Assembly: GCA_951406725.2 (NCBI GenBank)
Contig: OX597815.1
Location: forward strand, 41,850,001 to 41,914,000
Length of the DNA stretch: 64,000 bases
Direction: 5' to 3'
DNA from: Octopus vulgaris
Taxonomy: Eukaryota
Shown: positions 12,719 to 22,394 of the stretch, piece by piece
Numbering within the stretch: position 1 is the stretch's first letter
How the letters are laid out: each line of letters starts with the position of its first letter
Made by a program: the position numbers and the translations under genes
Notes under the pieces: generated by a model
Databases searched by the model: none
Told to the model about the DNA's origin: nothing
The model's input: only the letters and a program-made list of their open reading frames with translations

Positions 12719-13437
12719 ATGTGTGTGTGTGTGTGTGTAGATAGATAGCTAGAGAGAGAGGTGAGAGAGAGACAGACAGACGGACAGCTCGGTGTTCGTA
12801 AAAAGAAACACAGTAAAAAAACTTAAACACTTTTTCCATGAGGAAAAGCAATTATTTCCCATGGATTGGTGTTAGCCATAGGCGAAGTGCATTAGCTGGG
12901 GGTGCATGTATGTAAGTCGTTTTCAAGTTCAAAAACGGACATGACCACATCACATCACGGAAAAATATTTCCGCTCATAAAGGCAACACCTGAAATTTTC
13001 GCTTTTTGTGTATAGGAAGGCACTCGGATCGCATTTTCTACTGTTCCTGCAACTTACAGTTGATTTTGTATGGCGTTGCGTCCACTTTTAATCATTTAAG
13101 CTGACTAAATGTGTAACATTGCACTTCTTTTGGATTCTAAAGGGACTTTCTCTATTCCCAGCATAAACCTGTATATGTGTTGTTCCACTTTTCTTGAACG
13201 ACACCACTTCTGTGTCACTGACTTTAGCTTCGTATTGCATTTAAATTAGGAAGTGAACATTTTACGCGGGATAATAAGTATAAGAAAATATTGAACAGAC
13301 ATAACTTAAGGGCCTCGTTCAGCTGTATTCTTAGTGTGAAAAAACATTTTTAGTAAGTACTCCCAAGGTCCCAGCAGAGGCAAGATGCTCATGCAGGGTT
13401 TGCAATGAAAGCCCGTGAATGCTCAATGTAACGTAAG

Positions 13438-13489
<52 letters not shown>

Positions 13490-13724
13490 GCATACACACA
13501 CATATGCATATATCATCCCTCAATACTTGTTCTTCATTCATCATATTCACCTCCTAACCAGCTCAGTTCTTACTTCGTTGGATTCTATCAAATCGTGCAT
13601 CCTATGTCAGCATTGAACATGGAATTTAAATAATAATGACGATAATGTACATATATATGCATTAATATATATACATGCATATATATAAAGTATTAATTAA
13701 TAGGAGATAGATTTCATATTAGAC

Positions 13725-13783
13725 CTTTATTAGATACATGTTTCGACCCATTAGTCTGGGTCTTTTCAGGTACATTGATAAAG
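13725..13783 (-). ncRNA. Degenerate hammerhead-like motif inside a hairpin element (13689-13874)
   Basis: CUGAAAA-GACCCA(GACUAA)UGGGUC-GAAA-CAUG-UA; G8 lost and proximal stem I disrupted; enclosed by a 27-bp inverted repeat (13689-13715 / 13848-13874). Confidence 0.55.
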
Positions 13784-14385
13784 ATGTCTCACTAGAGATT
13801 TTTAGTGTCGGCTAGCTTGTTGTTATATGCCCATCAAGTTATGGAACGAAATCTATCTCCTATTTATTAATACTATTAGCCTAACTGCCACTGTGGAATT
13901 CCTGAAGTAGATCCAACGAAAATATACCACAACAGGTAACCTAAACTGTGTCGGTGCTCTACTCAACATTTAAACACACTAATCGATTTATACGTATTTG
14001 TCCAAATTATATATATATATATATAAATATTCAGTTTGCTAAAATGAATTCATAAGCACATATATAACATCCAAATGTTTCCATTGATAATATTGTGCTC
14101 ATGTCACATAAATGCAAATTTAATATTTATTGAATATTAATTGAAATGGCTGTAAGTGAAGATCACTAATTTGCTGTTAATAATAAACAACTGTTAACTT
14201 CTTAATCTCCATTTTCTTTTCTTTTAAATAAAAATAAGCTATATGTTTTTGTATATACCTATTATTTTTACGGAAATTCTTTCCCCTAAAATACTGGGTA
14301 TAGAACCAGTATTTCCTTGGATGAAACCATCCCTTCATGAAGTTTACACATCATCTAAGTAAATTTATATATGCATACATATACA

Positions 14386-14417
<32 letters not shown>

Positions 14418-14420
<3 letters not shown>

Positions 14421-15320
14421 ACTACATATATGGAAATCTGTGTGTGTTTGTTTGTTTGTTTGTAGCATCCTATATCGTTTCATCAATTTTGATGAAACTT
14501 GATACGTGAGTAGAATCCATGTCTAGAAAACTAGTGACATACTTAGATTGTTAAAAAAAAAATCAATAATAGGGTCCCTCGAAGGGATTCTTATATCTAC
14601 TACATATAACAAATATATTATTTTGAAACATCCAAGGGAAATGACCCATTCGCTCCTGAAAGGGATCCTTATATATAGCCAAGGGAAATAAATTATTTCG
14701 TAAAAATGAATTTGAGTATGCTTATTTTTTAGTATTTGAACTATTTCAGTTATTTTTTGCAATTTATCCAGTACAACGCTTAAACAAGTAAAAAGTATTT
14801 TCCTAAACAACAGATCCACTTATTTTGGTTATTGACTTATTCACGAATATACCATCACTAGCGCCACTGAGGGTACTATTCTCTGCGAACACACAAAAGC
14901 TTTTTTCAGAGTTATTTACTTTGAATTGTTACTATCTCATATCTGATTAGCCTGTTATTACGTAATATTCTTCACGATTTTAGCAAACATACCTTATTAG
15001 TATTTCCTCCTCAGTTCTATATACTCTGAGAAGGTACTGAAGCCCTTTTCGGAGGCTACTTTATTTGAATTCTTACTATAGGGTAATTAATTTCATGTTA
15101 TTAGTTAACTGACTTCACAATTTGGGTATTCGTAACTTATTGGAAATTCTTAAAAACAAGATCCTGTGTAAGACAGTTCGGTATTCTCTGTAAATGCACA
15201 AAAATCGTTTTAGGGACTACATACTTTGTATTGTTGTTATTGGATTAGCGAAAAACAATTATGAGAACAGAACCAAGGGATAAGCCCCGCATTTTCGGGA
15301 ATTACCGGATACATCAGCTA

Positions 15321-15321
<1 letters not shown>
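14418..15321 (+). mobile_element. Non-autonomous Helitron
   Basis: Starts A|TC with (GTTT)n near the 5' end, ends CTAG|T after a short cccg...cggg hairpin; degenerate internal repeats at ~14870-15240; lies in a (TA)n context. Confidence 0.7.
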
Positions 15322-15361
<40 letters not shown>

Positions 15362-15569
15362 CATGCATTTATATATACATATATATGTCTACATATACAT
15401 GCATCTATATACACATATATGCATACATATACATGCATTTATATACACATATATACATGTATTTATATACACATATATGCATGCATATACATGTATTTAT
15501 ATATATATATTTATATGTGCACACACACACACATACATATGTTTACATATATAGATGCATACATGTACG

Positions 15570-15820
15570 GGTAAAGAACCCCTTCGGTCAGGGATGACCA
15601 TGGGATTACACCTAGAAAGTAACCCTCCGAGGAACAAGTCCGGACAAGGTTGTTTATGGAAGACCAGCAGTCGACTATGCATACCAGCCTTCCATCTCCA
15701 CGCCACCAATGTTATCCAAGGGAAGGCAATGGCCGATACAGCTTGGCACCAGCGACATCGCAACTCATTTCTACAGCTGAGTGAAACGGAACAACGTGAA
15801 ATAAAGTGTCTTGCTCAAGG
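15570..15820 (-). mobile_element. SINE group D, 5'-truncated
   Basis: Reverse complement matches 34210-34428; abuts a group A tail fragment at 15820-15868. Confidence 0.8.
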
Positions 15821-15908
15821 CGGTGCCCCAGCATGGCAACAGTTTAATGACTGAAACAGTATAAAAGACACAGTCACACAATCTCTCTCTCTCTCTCTCT
15901 CTCTCACT

Positions 15909-15942
<34 letters not shown>

Positions 15943-16269
15943 TTGTCTCTCTGTCTCACACACACGCACACACACACAAACAGAGAGACACATACATATT
16001 TAAAATTAGCTATGTTTTTGTTGTCAAAATATTTTTAGATATTATCTCGCGTAAGAAGACATTCTGTTGACACCCTATGTATTCACAGTTGGCACGTACT
16101 TGCTATGTGTTAACTATTAACTAAACTTTAACCTGGTTACAAGTGCGTAACTATAATGAAATGTATAATCAGCTGCTCGAAGGAAAATAAACCTAGTCCA
16201 CCGAACTCATGTCATTCATATACGACGAGTTTGTGTTTATTTTTGTTATTTTGCCCTCAACCCCAGTAT

Positions 16270-16615
16270 AGGGGCGAGACTGTATGGTTAAGAAACTTGG
16301 CTCCCAACTATGGGCTCAGTCCTACAGCGCGGCACCTTGAAATAAGTGTTTTCTACTATATGGCCCCTAGACCGAACAAAACTTTGAGAGTGGATTTAGC
16401 AGACGGAAATTAGAAGCCCGTCGAGTGTGTGTGTGTGTCCACCCTATTATCGCTTGACGTCCTCGTTCGTTTGCGGTTCGGCAAAAGTGACCCATAGAAC
16501 AAGTAACCAGACTTTAAAAGAAATAAGTACTGGGATCGACGTGTTTGATTGGACCTTACAAAGTGAGGCGCCCCAGCTTGGTCGCAGTACAACGACTAAT
16601 GCAAGACAAAAATAG
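16270..16615 (+). mobile_element. SINE group A (diverged, CpGs retained)
   Basis: Head, CORE-like segment and tail align with 25114-25512. Confidence 0.8.
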
Positions 16616-18055
16616 ATTATCAGTTAAATGTAAATGACCAACTCTTTTAAATAGATTAAATAACGTACCTTTTCTCGAACTGCATACCTGGAACAAACAC
16701 TCCGTCTGATGTGGAGATGGTATTTAAACCGGGGTTAAAAGCTTTATATATATATATATTTAATCTAATCCGGAGCTTTACGTTTATGAGTTTAAATCTC
16801 GTCCGCCATCCACTGTTCTTGTCTCTCATCCATCCCCTCCAGGCCCTATAAGTCAATCGATTTTCCTCCCCTCCATTTACGCAAATGAGCCTCGTGCCAA
16901 TACAAAAACAATTGTTGTTTTTCTATAGCTGCTCAAACAAAAGATTAGCAGACATAATTTAACTCCACCTGCTCTGTGTGAGAGTCCTACAGGGATCTTT
17001 ACTCCCATCTACCTCTTCCTTTCTGTCTCATAATTAACAAAACAAAACGAGCTGCAAGCTGCTCCATACTTTCCATACAATCTCCCGAACGTGGGAGACA
17101 GATAGACAGCGGGGAAAGTATTAGCTTACTAATACCATCTGTTCGTTAACTACTATTGTAATTTTTTTTCAGAGGGAAACAATGAAAAATACAAAACAAA
17201 ACAACATACGAAACTAGAACAAATGACAAGTTTTACCTACCCGTGAATATTATTTCAGCGAGTTTACCACCTCTGATTTTAGTGAAACAAAATTCGCCCG
17301 CTTCTCTTCATACTTGTTGCTTTTAAATCAGTAATTCTTAGAGAAGAAGAAATTCCTTCTCCTCCCCCTCGGCCAGTGGCAAAAGTTTCAGGATTCCCAA
17401 GGGAAAATTTTAGAAGTGTAATAAAGAAGCTGTTCTTTATAATTCTTTATAATTATTATTTGCAGTTATTTTTGGCTACATTTATTTCCCTTAATGTCGA
17501 CCTTAAAGGATGCTAGTGTTAAATTAATATAAGGTTGTTAATGTTATGCAATAAATGATGTATACAAGACTACTTTTTTTTTTCATCATATGCAGGGGGA
17601 AATCGGAATGGTGAACTGCTAAAGGAGGGAAACTGAAAAAAAATATTACGTAAACATAATTTAGAGGTTGTTTTTTTTTTCATATAAAATGTTTTAAGTT
17701 ACATGTTATTAAAAAATAGTAATCACATTGCTTTCTGGAATTAGATTGTGAGGATATTGAGTAGCCAACTTATGACCACGCCTCAAAATAACAGGGTTAG
17801 TTAATTTAATTAATGCAGACTAGGAAACAACTAATTTGTCAGTAATTTTTAAGTCTTTAAATAACAAAAGAATAGTGCACTTAAAATATGATTAAAGAAT
17901 TTACTTTTTTTGTGTGTGTATGCTTGTGTATGTGTGTGTGTGTGTAATAGAAATATTTTGAAGATTTGTAAACAGACACACGCGTTGCTGATATAATTGA
18001 TATAAAAATTTATAAACCTTCGAGAGAACGTGAAATAATCCTTTTCTTTTTTAAC

Positions 18056-18203
18056 TGGATCTGGAAGCACATATAAAGCCATAAATAATGGCATGTAAAT
18101 ATTGGATTGAAAAACCGTTTTGGAAAGATATTTTATATCCAAAAGAGTTTCCCGACTCAATATTTACATGCCATTATTTATGATTACATATGTGCTTCAA
18201 GTT

Positions 18204-18206
<3 letters not shown>
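18056..18206. repeat. Imperfect ~150-bp hairpin (inverted repeat) next to (TA)n
   Basis: cataaataatggcatgtaaatattg / caatatttacatgccattatttatg with flanking extension. Confidence 0.85.
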
Positions 18207-18247
<41 letters not shown>

Positions 18248-18248
<1 letters not shown>

Positions 18249-19120
18249 TTCAAAATTGTAAAAAAATAAATAAATAAAAAGCAAAACGGGTGAGGGAACA
18301 ACAAACAGGTGTATAAGATTGACACTCAGGTAAAATGGAAGGGGATGTGACGTTTCGAGCCTACGCTCTTCGACGGAAAGGAATGGGGAAAGAAATTAGA
18401 TGGAGAAAGGGGAGAGAAAAAAAAGGAGAGAGAAGGAAAACGTGTCTGGATTAGATTGCACATGTTGAATTGATCGGAAGGAAGAGGTTGGAGACAAAAG
18501 CGGCAGAGAAGACAACAGTAACCTAGCTGATGTGTGTGTGTGAGTAAACAAGTACGTGCACGTGTGCGGAGCTATGTATGTATGTATGTATGTATGTATG
18601 TATGCGTGTGTGGACGTGTATATATATATATATGTGTGTGTGAGGCTGTCTAATGTATGTGTATCTGAAGCTATCAGATATGTGTGTGGAAATGCATATG
18701 TGTAGCAACTGTGTGCATGTGTATTTTGTGCGAGTAGCGTGTGTGCGTACGTCTGTTCTTGAGGCGTTTTTTTTTTAGGTGTCAGTGTAAAAGGCAGTCG
18801 GACATATGTGCGCGTGTGCATAAAGTGCAAGTGTGTGTATGTGTGTGTGTGTGTGTGTGAGACACTGTTGTGTACGTGTGTATTCTGTGTGTTTATGCAT
18901 ATGTATGTATGTGAGCGAGTGTGTGTCTTATCAAGCTGGTGTGTGTATATGGAGCGGTTGGATAAGGTGGAAGGTGTGTGTTGTATAAATGAGTGTGGAG
19001 GTAGGTTAAGATAACGGCAGGTGGCGAATTAAGACTATAAGGGACTGGGGAATGAAGAGAGAAAATAAATTCCCGCTCTTGACGAAGGCAGGAGTTCGGG
19101 TGGCCTTCGTGCAGAAGATA
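18248..19120 (-). mobile_element. 3' end of a Penelope-like element
   Basis: Peptide CLRQEREFIFSLHSPVPYSLNS resembles the PLE GIY-YIG C-terminus (R.RE..IF.L....P.GLN); followed by a microsatellite-rich UTR, a hammerhead-like motif at 18345-18380 and (TA)n. Confidence 0.65.
18345..18380 (-). ncRNA. Degenerate minimal hammerhead-like motif
   Basis: CCGUCGA-A-GAGC(GUAG)GCUC-GAAA-CG-UC; A6 mutated and stem I poor. Confidence 0.5.
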
Positions 19121-19214
19121 CAATATACAGGGTGCGGCAGAAGTAACGCCCTTTTGCATTTGAATCATGTATTAAATCATGTTGTTTTGATGAAACAATA
19201 TTTAATATTTAATA

Positions 19215-19481
19215 CGAAGTCGAGACAAATATCACCAGCTGACCGGTGTCTGCTACTCTAGGCCGATGAAGGACAATGATCCTGAAACACGTGTCCCTAG
19301 ATGCAGCTTCGGCGGCCGGGGGTGTTTGTCTCCCCTTCGTAAATGTATAAAATAAGGACACAGGGGAAAATGTGTCAAAGCCATCAGGAGACGTTCGTGT
19401 TAGATTGACAGTATACAACCATTCTATCGCCCCACCACCGTACATGTCTCTACGAGAGATTTAGAAACTCAGTATTTCTTA
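19215..19481 (+). mobile_element. Hammerhead-tipped hairpin element nested in the MITE
   Basis: 12-bp direct repeat taatatttaata at 19203-19214 and 19482-19493; ~45-bp imperfect stem 19213-19341 closing on the ribozyme. Confidence 0.7.
19257..19301 (+). ncRNA. Type I hammerhead ribozyme motif (best-preserved copy)
   Basis: UCUAGG-CCGAUGA-AGGA(CAAUGA)UCCU-GAAA-CACGUG-UC-CCUAGA; perfect 6-bp stem I, 4-bp stem II, GUC site at 19293-19295. Confidence 0.85.
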
Positions 19482-19659
19482 TAATATTTAATAAATTTCC
19501 TAAAACTTCTGCGATTTTTTCCATTAGTTTATTATTCGTTTCTTTAAGTAATGCAATAAATTTTTGTTCAATATAAAATTACTTAATAAACATTTATATA
19601 CTACAAAAGTTATTAAACGCAAAAAGGGCGTTACTTCTGCTGAACTCTCTATATACTCC

Positions 19660-19886
19660 TTTATTCCTTTATTTGTTTCAGTCATTTGACTGTGGCCATG
19701 CTGGAGCACTGCCTTTAGTCGAGCAAATGAACCTCATATCTTATTCTTTGTAAGCCTAGTACGTATTCTATCGATGTATTTTGCCGAACCGCTAAGTTAC
19801 GGGACGTGAACACACCAGCATCGGTTGTCAAGCGATGTGTGTGTGTGGGAACAAACTCAGATACGCAAACATACACACACACACAC

Positions 19887-19927
<41 letters not shown>

Positions 19928-20062
19928 TACAACAGGCTATTTCAGTTTCCGTTTCCCAAATCCACTCACAAAGCTTTGGTCGGCCCAAGGCTATAGTAGA
20001 AGACACTTGCCCAAGGTGTCACGCAGTGGGACTGAACCTGGAACCACACAGCCACTCCTGCG
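19660..20062 (-). mobile_element. SINE group A
   Basis: Nearly full-length reverse copy with a small deletion in the head. Confidence 0.9.
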
Positions 20063-20107
20063 TTTATGAATTTGTGTTGCAAGATGTGAAACCCTATGTT
20101 GAAACAC

Positions 20108-20396
20108 ATTGTTGCATTTCGGGAAGGTCTTTTTGTTTTTTTTGCCAAATAAACATACACACTATATATTCGTTTTTCACTCGTTTATTACTATTCTTAT
20201 TCTAATTCATATCCATTATCCGGAAATCTTTCGTCACACATCTGTGACCTCCTCAGCGACACTTTCCGTCTTCGTGTGCTCTTACAGGGCAAGAATAAGA
20301 ACAGTAATAAAGTTAGAATAAGAACGGTAATAAACGAGTGCGTGTGCTTATTTAGCAAAAAAAGAAAAAAAAATTACCGTCCCGAAATACAACAAT
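20108..20396 (-). mobile_element. Long hairpin element with central hammerhead-like motif
   Basis: Outer arms attgttgcatttcggga / tcccgaaatacaacaat; inner arms cactcgtttattactattcttattctaa / ttagaataagaacggtaataaacgagtg. Confidence 0.7.
20217..20262 (-). ncRNA. Hammerhead-like motif with canonical core
   Basis: CUGAGGA-G-GUCACA(GAUG)UGUGAC-GAAA-GAUU-UC; short stem I (UCG/CGG). Confidence 0.65.
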
Positions 20397-20546
20397 ACAA
20401 TATAATTATATATATATATATATATGTATATATACACACACACACACATACAGTCCACGTGTATATATATAAATATATATATATATATATACACGTGGAC
20501 TGTTGTCGATTTTTTCTCCTTTTCCTTTGGACTTTCCTATGTTTCC

Positions 20547-20583
20547 TGTTTCCGAAGAAGAGCTATGCTTGAAACGTAAAACA
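20547..20583 (+). ncRNA. Type I minimal hammerhead motif in a PLE-like terminal fragment (~20490-20680)
   Basis: UGUUU-CCGAAGA-A-GAGC(UAU)GCUU-GAAA-CG-UA-AAACA; perfect 5-bp stem I. Confidence 0.7.
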
Positions 20584-20691
20584 ACCACTCTTTCCTTTCT
20601 CTGAGCGTCTTAATACTTTACATATACTACGTCCTCACGTTGTTTTCTTCTTGTCTTTTTCTGTTGTTTTTTTTTTTAATTTATATATACT

Positions 20692-21068
20692 CTCTCTCTT
20701 TTACTTGTTTCAGTCATATGACTGCGGCCATGTTGGAGCACCGCCTATAGTCGAGCAAATCGACCCCGGGACTTATTCTTTGTAAGCCCAGTACTTATTC
20801 TATCGTTCTCTTTTGCCGAACCGCTAAGTGACGGGGACGTAAACACACCAGCATCGGTTGTCAAGCAATGCTAGGAGAACAAACACACACACATATACAT
20901 ATATACGACAGGCTTCTTTCAGTTTCCGTCTACCAAATCCACTCACAAGGCATTGGTCGGCCCGGGGTTATAGCAGAAGACACTTGCCCAAGATTCCACG
21001 CAGTGGAACTGAACCCGGAACCATGTGGTTGGTAAGCAAGCTACTTACCACACAGCCACTCCTGCGCC
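20692..21068 (-). mobile_element. SINE group A, young subfamily
   Basis: Near-identical to the reverse complement of 25114-25512. Confidence 0.92.
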
Positions 21069-21284
21069 TATATTTAAGAAATTAAAAAATTTTAAAGATA
21101 ATTTCAAAACATTTTTTTTTTTGCGATGATTTGCTTCAGATTTGAATTTTATTGCATTTCTGAAAAATTAATTTTCAAGGATATGAGATAATCGATTCCG
21201 TCAACTAGGTAAAGACTAATCCGGAATCATTACTGTTAAAGTATACTTGTTTTCTATACGCTATGTTCATGACACATGAGAAGT

Positions 21285-21440
21285 AATGTGATCCGCCAGA
21301 TGATGAACCATGTCTTATGCGGCCTGCGAGACGATAATCCATGTTTCGTGTGGCCCACTTGATGATTCATGTCTCGTGCGGCCCGCCTGATGATTCATGT
21401 CTCGTGCGGCCTGCTTCTCGAAAAACGTTGCTCACGTCTG
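21285..21440. mobile_element. hAT-like MITE end with ~28-bp subterminal tandem repeats
   Basis: Four units like tgatgattcatgtctcgtgcggcccgcc, ending aaaaacgttgctcacgtctg, similar to Charlie/hAT ends. Confidence 0.5.
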
Positions 21441-22394
21441 GTATATATATTTAATAGTTTGTTCCAACGTCACCTATTAAGAACATCATGAACGCCACAC
21501 AATTTAATAATATCAATAATAATAATTCTTTTGTAGTTTTTCTTTTAGTGCGCACGTATTCAAGTTTGTGCGCGCTTGGACGTTTATGTGAATATGCGTA
21601 AAGATCCATGCCACGCGTGTACATACAAGTTTACATGAAAACAAATATTTGCGTGAAATTCAAAATATTCCATCCATAATGAACACGCAATCTCTCGACT
21701 ACACCCGACAAAACTACTGACATAACCAGTCATATGAATTAAACAGCAAATTTGTACCGAGAACTATTATGCTTTCATATTTCTATTGTGCGAATTTAAA
21801 ATGATATTAGGAGGATTTTATTTATAATAAATGTCAAACTGACATTTAAAAACTCCACGTAGATGTGAAAAGGACAATTTCTTTAGTAAATCATACAAAA
21901 AAATGCAGCGTTCTTTATTTCTTTGTAAGTCAGTATCGCCCAAAACAAACAAGATTTTTTTGTAATCTTCGTTATGTGAAGTATTCCGCTTTTACAAACA
22001 CTTCAATTCAATTTTTAGAAGAAGAGCTGAAGAGGTTTTCAAAGCCAATGCCTTTGAAGAAGATTGTAACCTAAGTGTAACAATATTTAGGTAAAACACC
22101 AAAAGTATATATATATATATATATATATAATTATGGGTTGAAATCAGTACTTTAAAGGGAAAAAAACAATAATTGTGTTAATGATTCATCTTGTCTGTTG
22201 GAGAAAGAAAAATAAAATGTGGGAAAGAAAGCTTGAGTTGTAGTGTGTGTAAACAAAAGCTTTACAATGGCCAAAGACAAATCCTTCCGTTTGTCTAAAG
22301 AAGGGTAATGGAAAGCCATTTCAGTGTAATGATTTGAATCGGCGAACGAAGATGAGCCCCCTCAATAGTGTCACGATTAAGCAATGAGTTGTGT

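Larger units (their letters stand above)
19128..19649. mobile_element. Tc1/mariner-type MITE
   Basis: TIR cagggtgcggcagaagtaacgccctttt / aaaagggcgttacttctgctgaactctc; TA at 19126-19127 and 19650-19651. Confidence 0.85.

Noticed and set aside
12785-13325. Possible transposase remnant
   Set aside because: No convincing motif or matching TIRs could be read.
13331-20588. Many short YI/CV/TH-rich ORFs
   Set aside because: Translations of (TA)n and (CA)n microsatellites and SINEs.
21290-21415. Regularly spaced ~28-bp repeats resembling a CRISPR array
   Set aside because: Directly tandem with no unique spacers, no cas genes, eukaryotic context.
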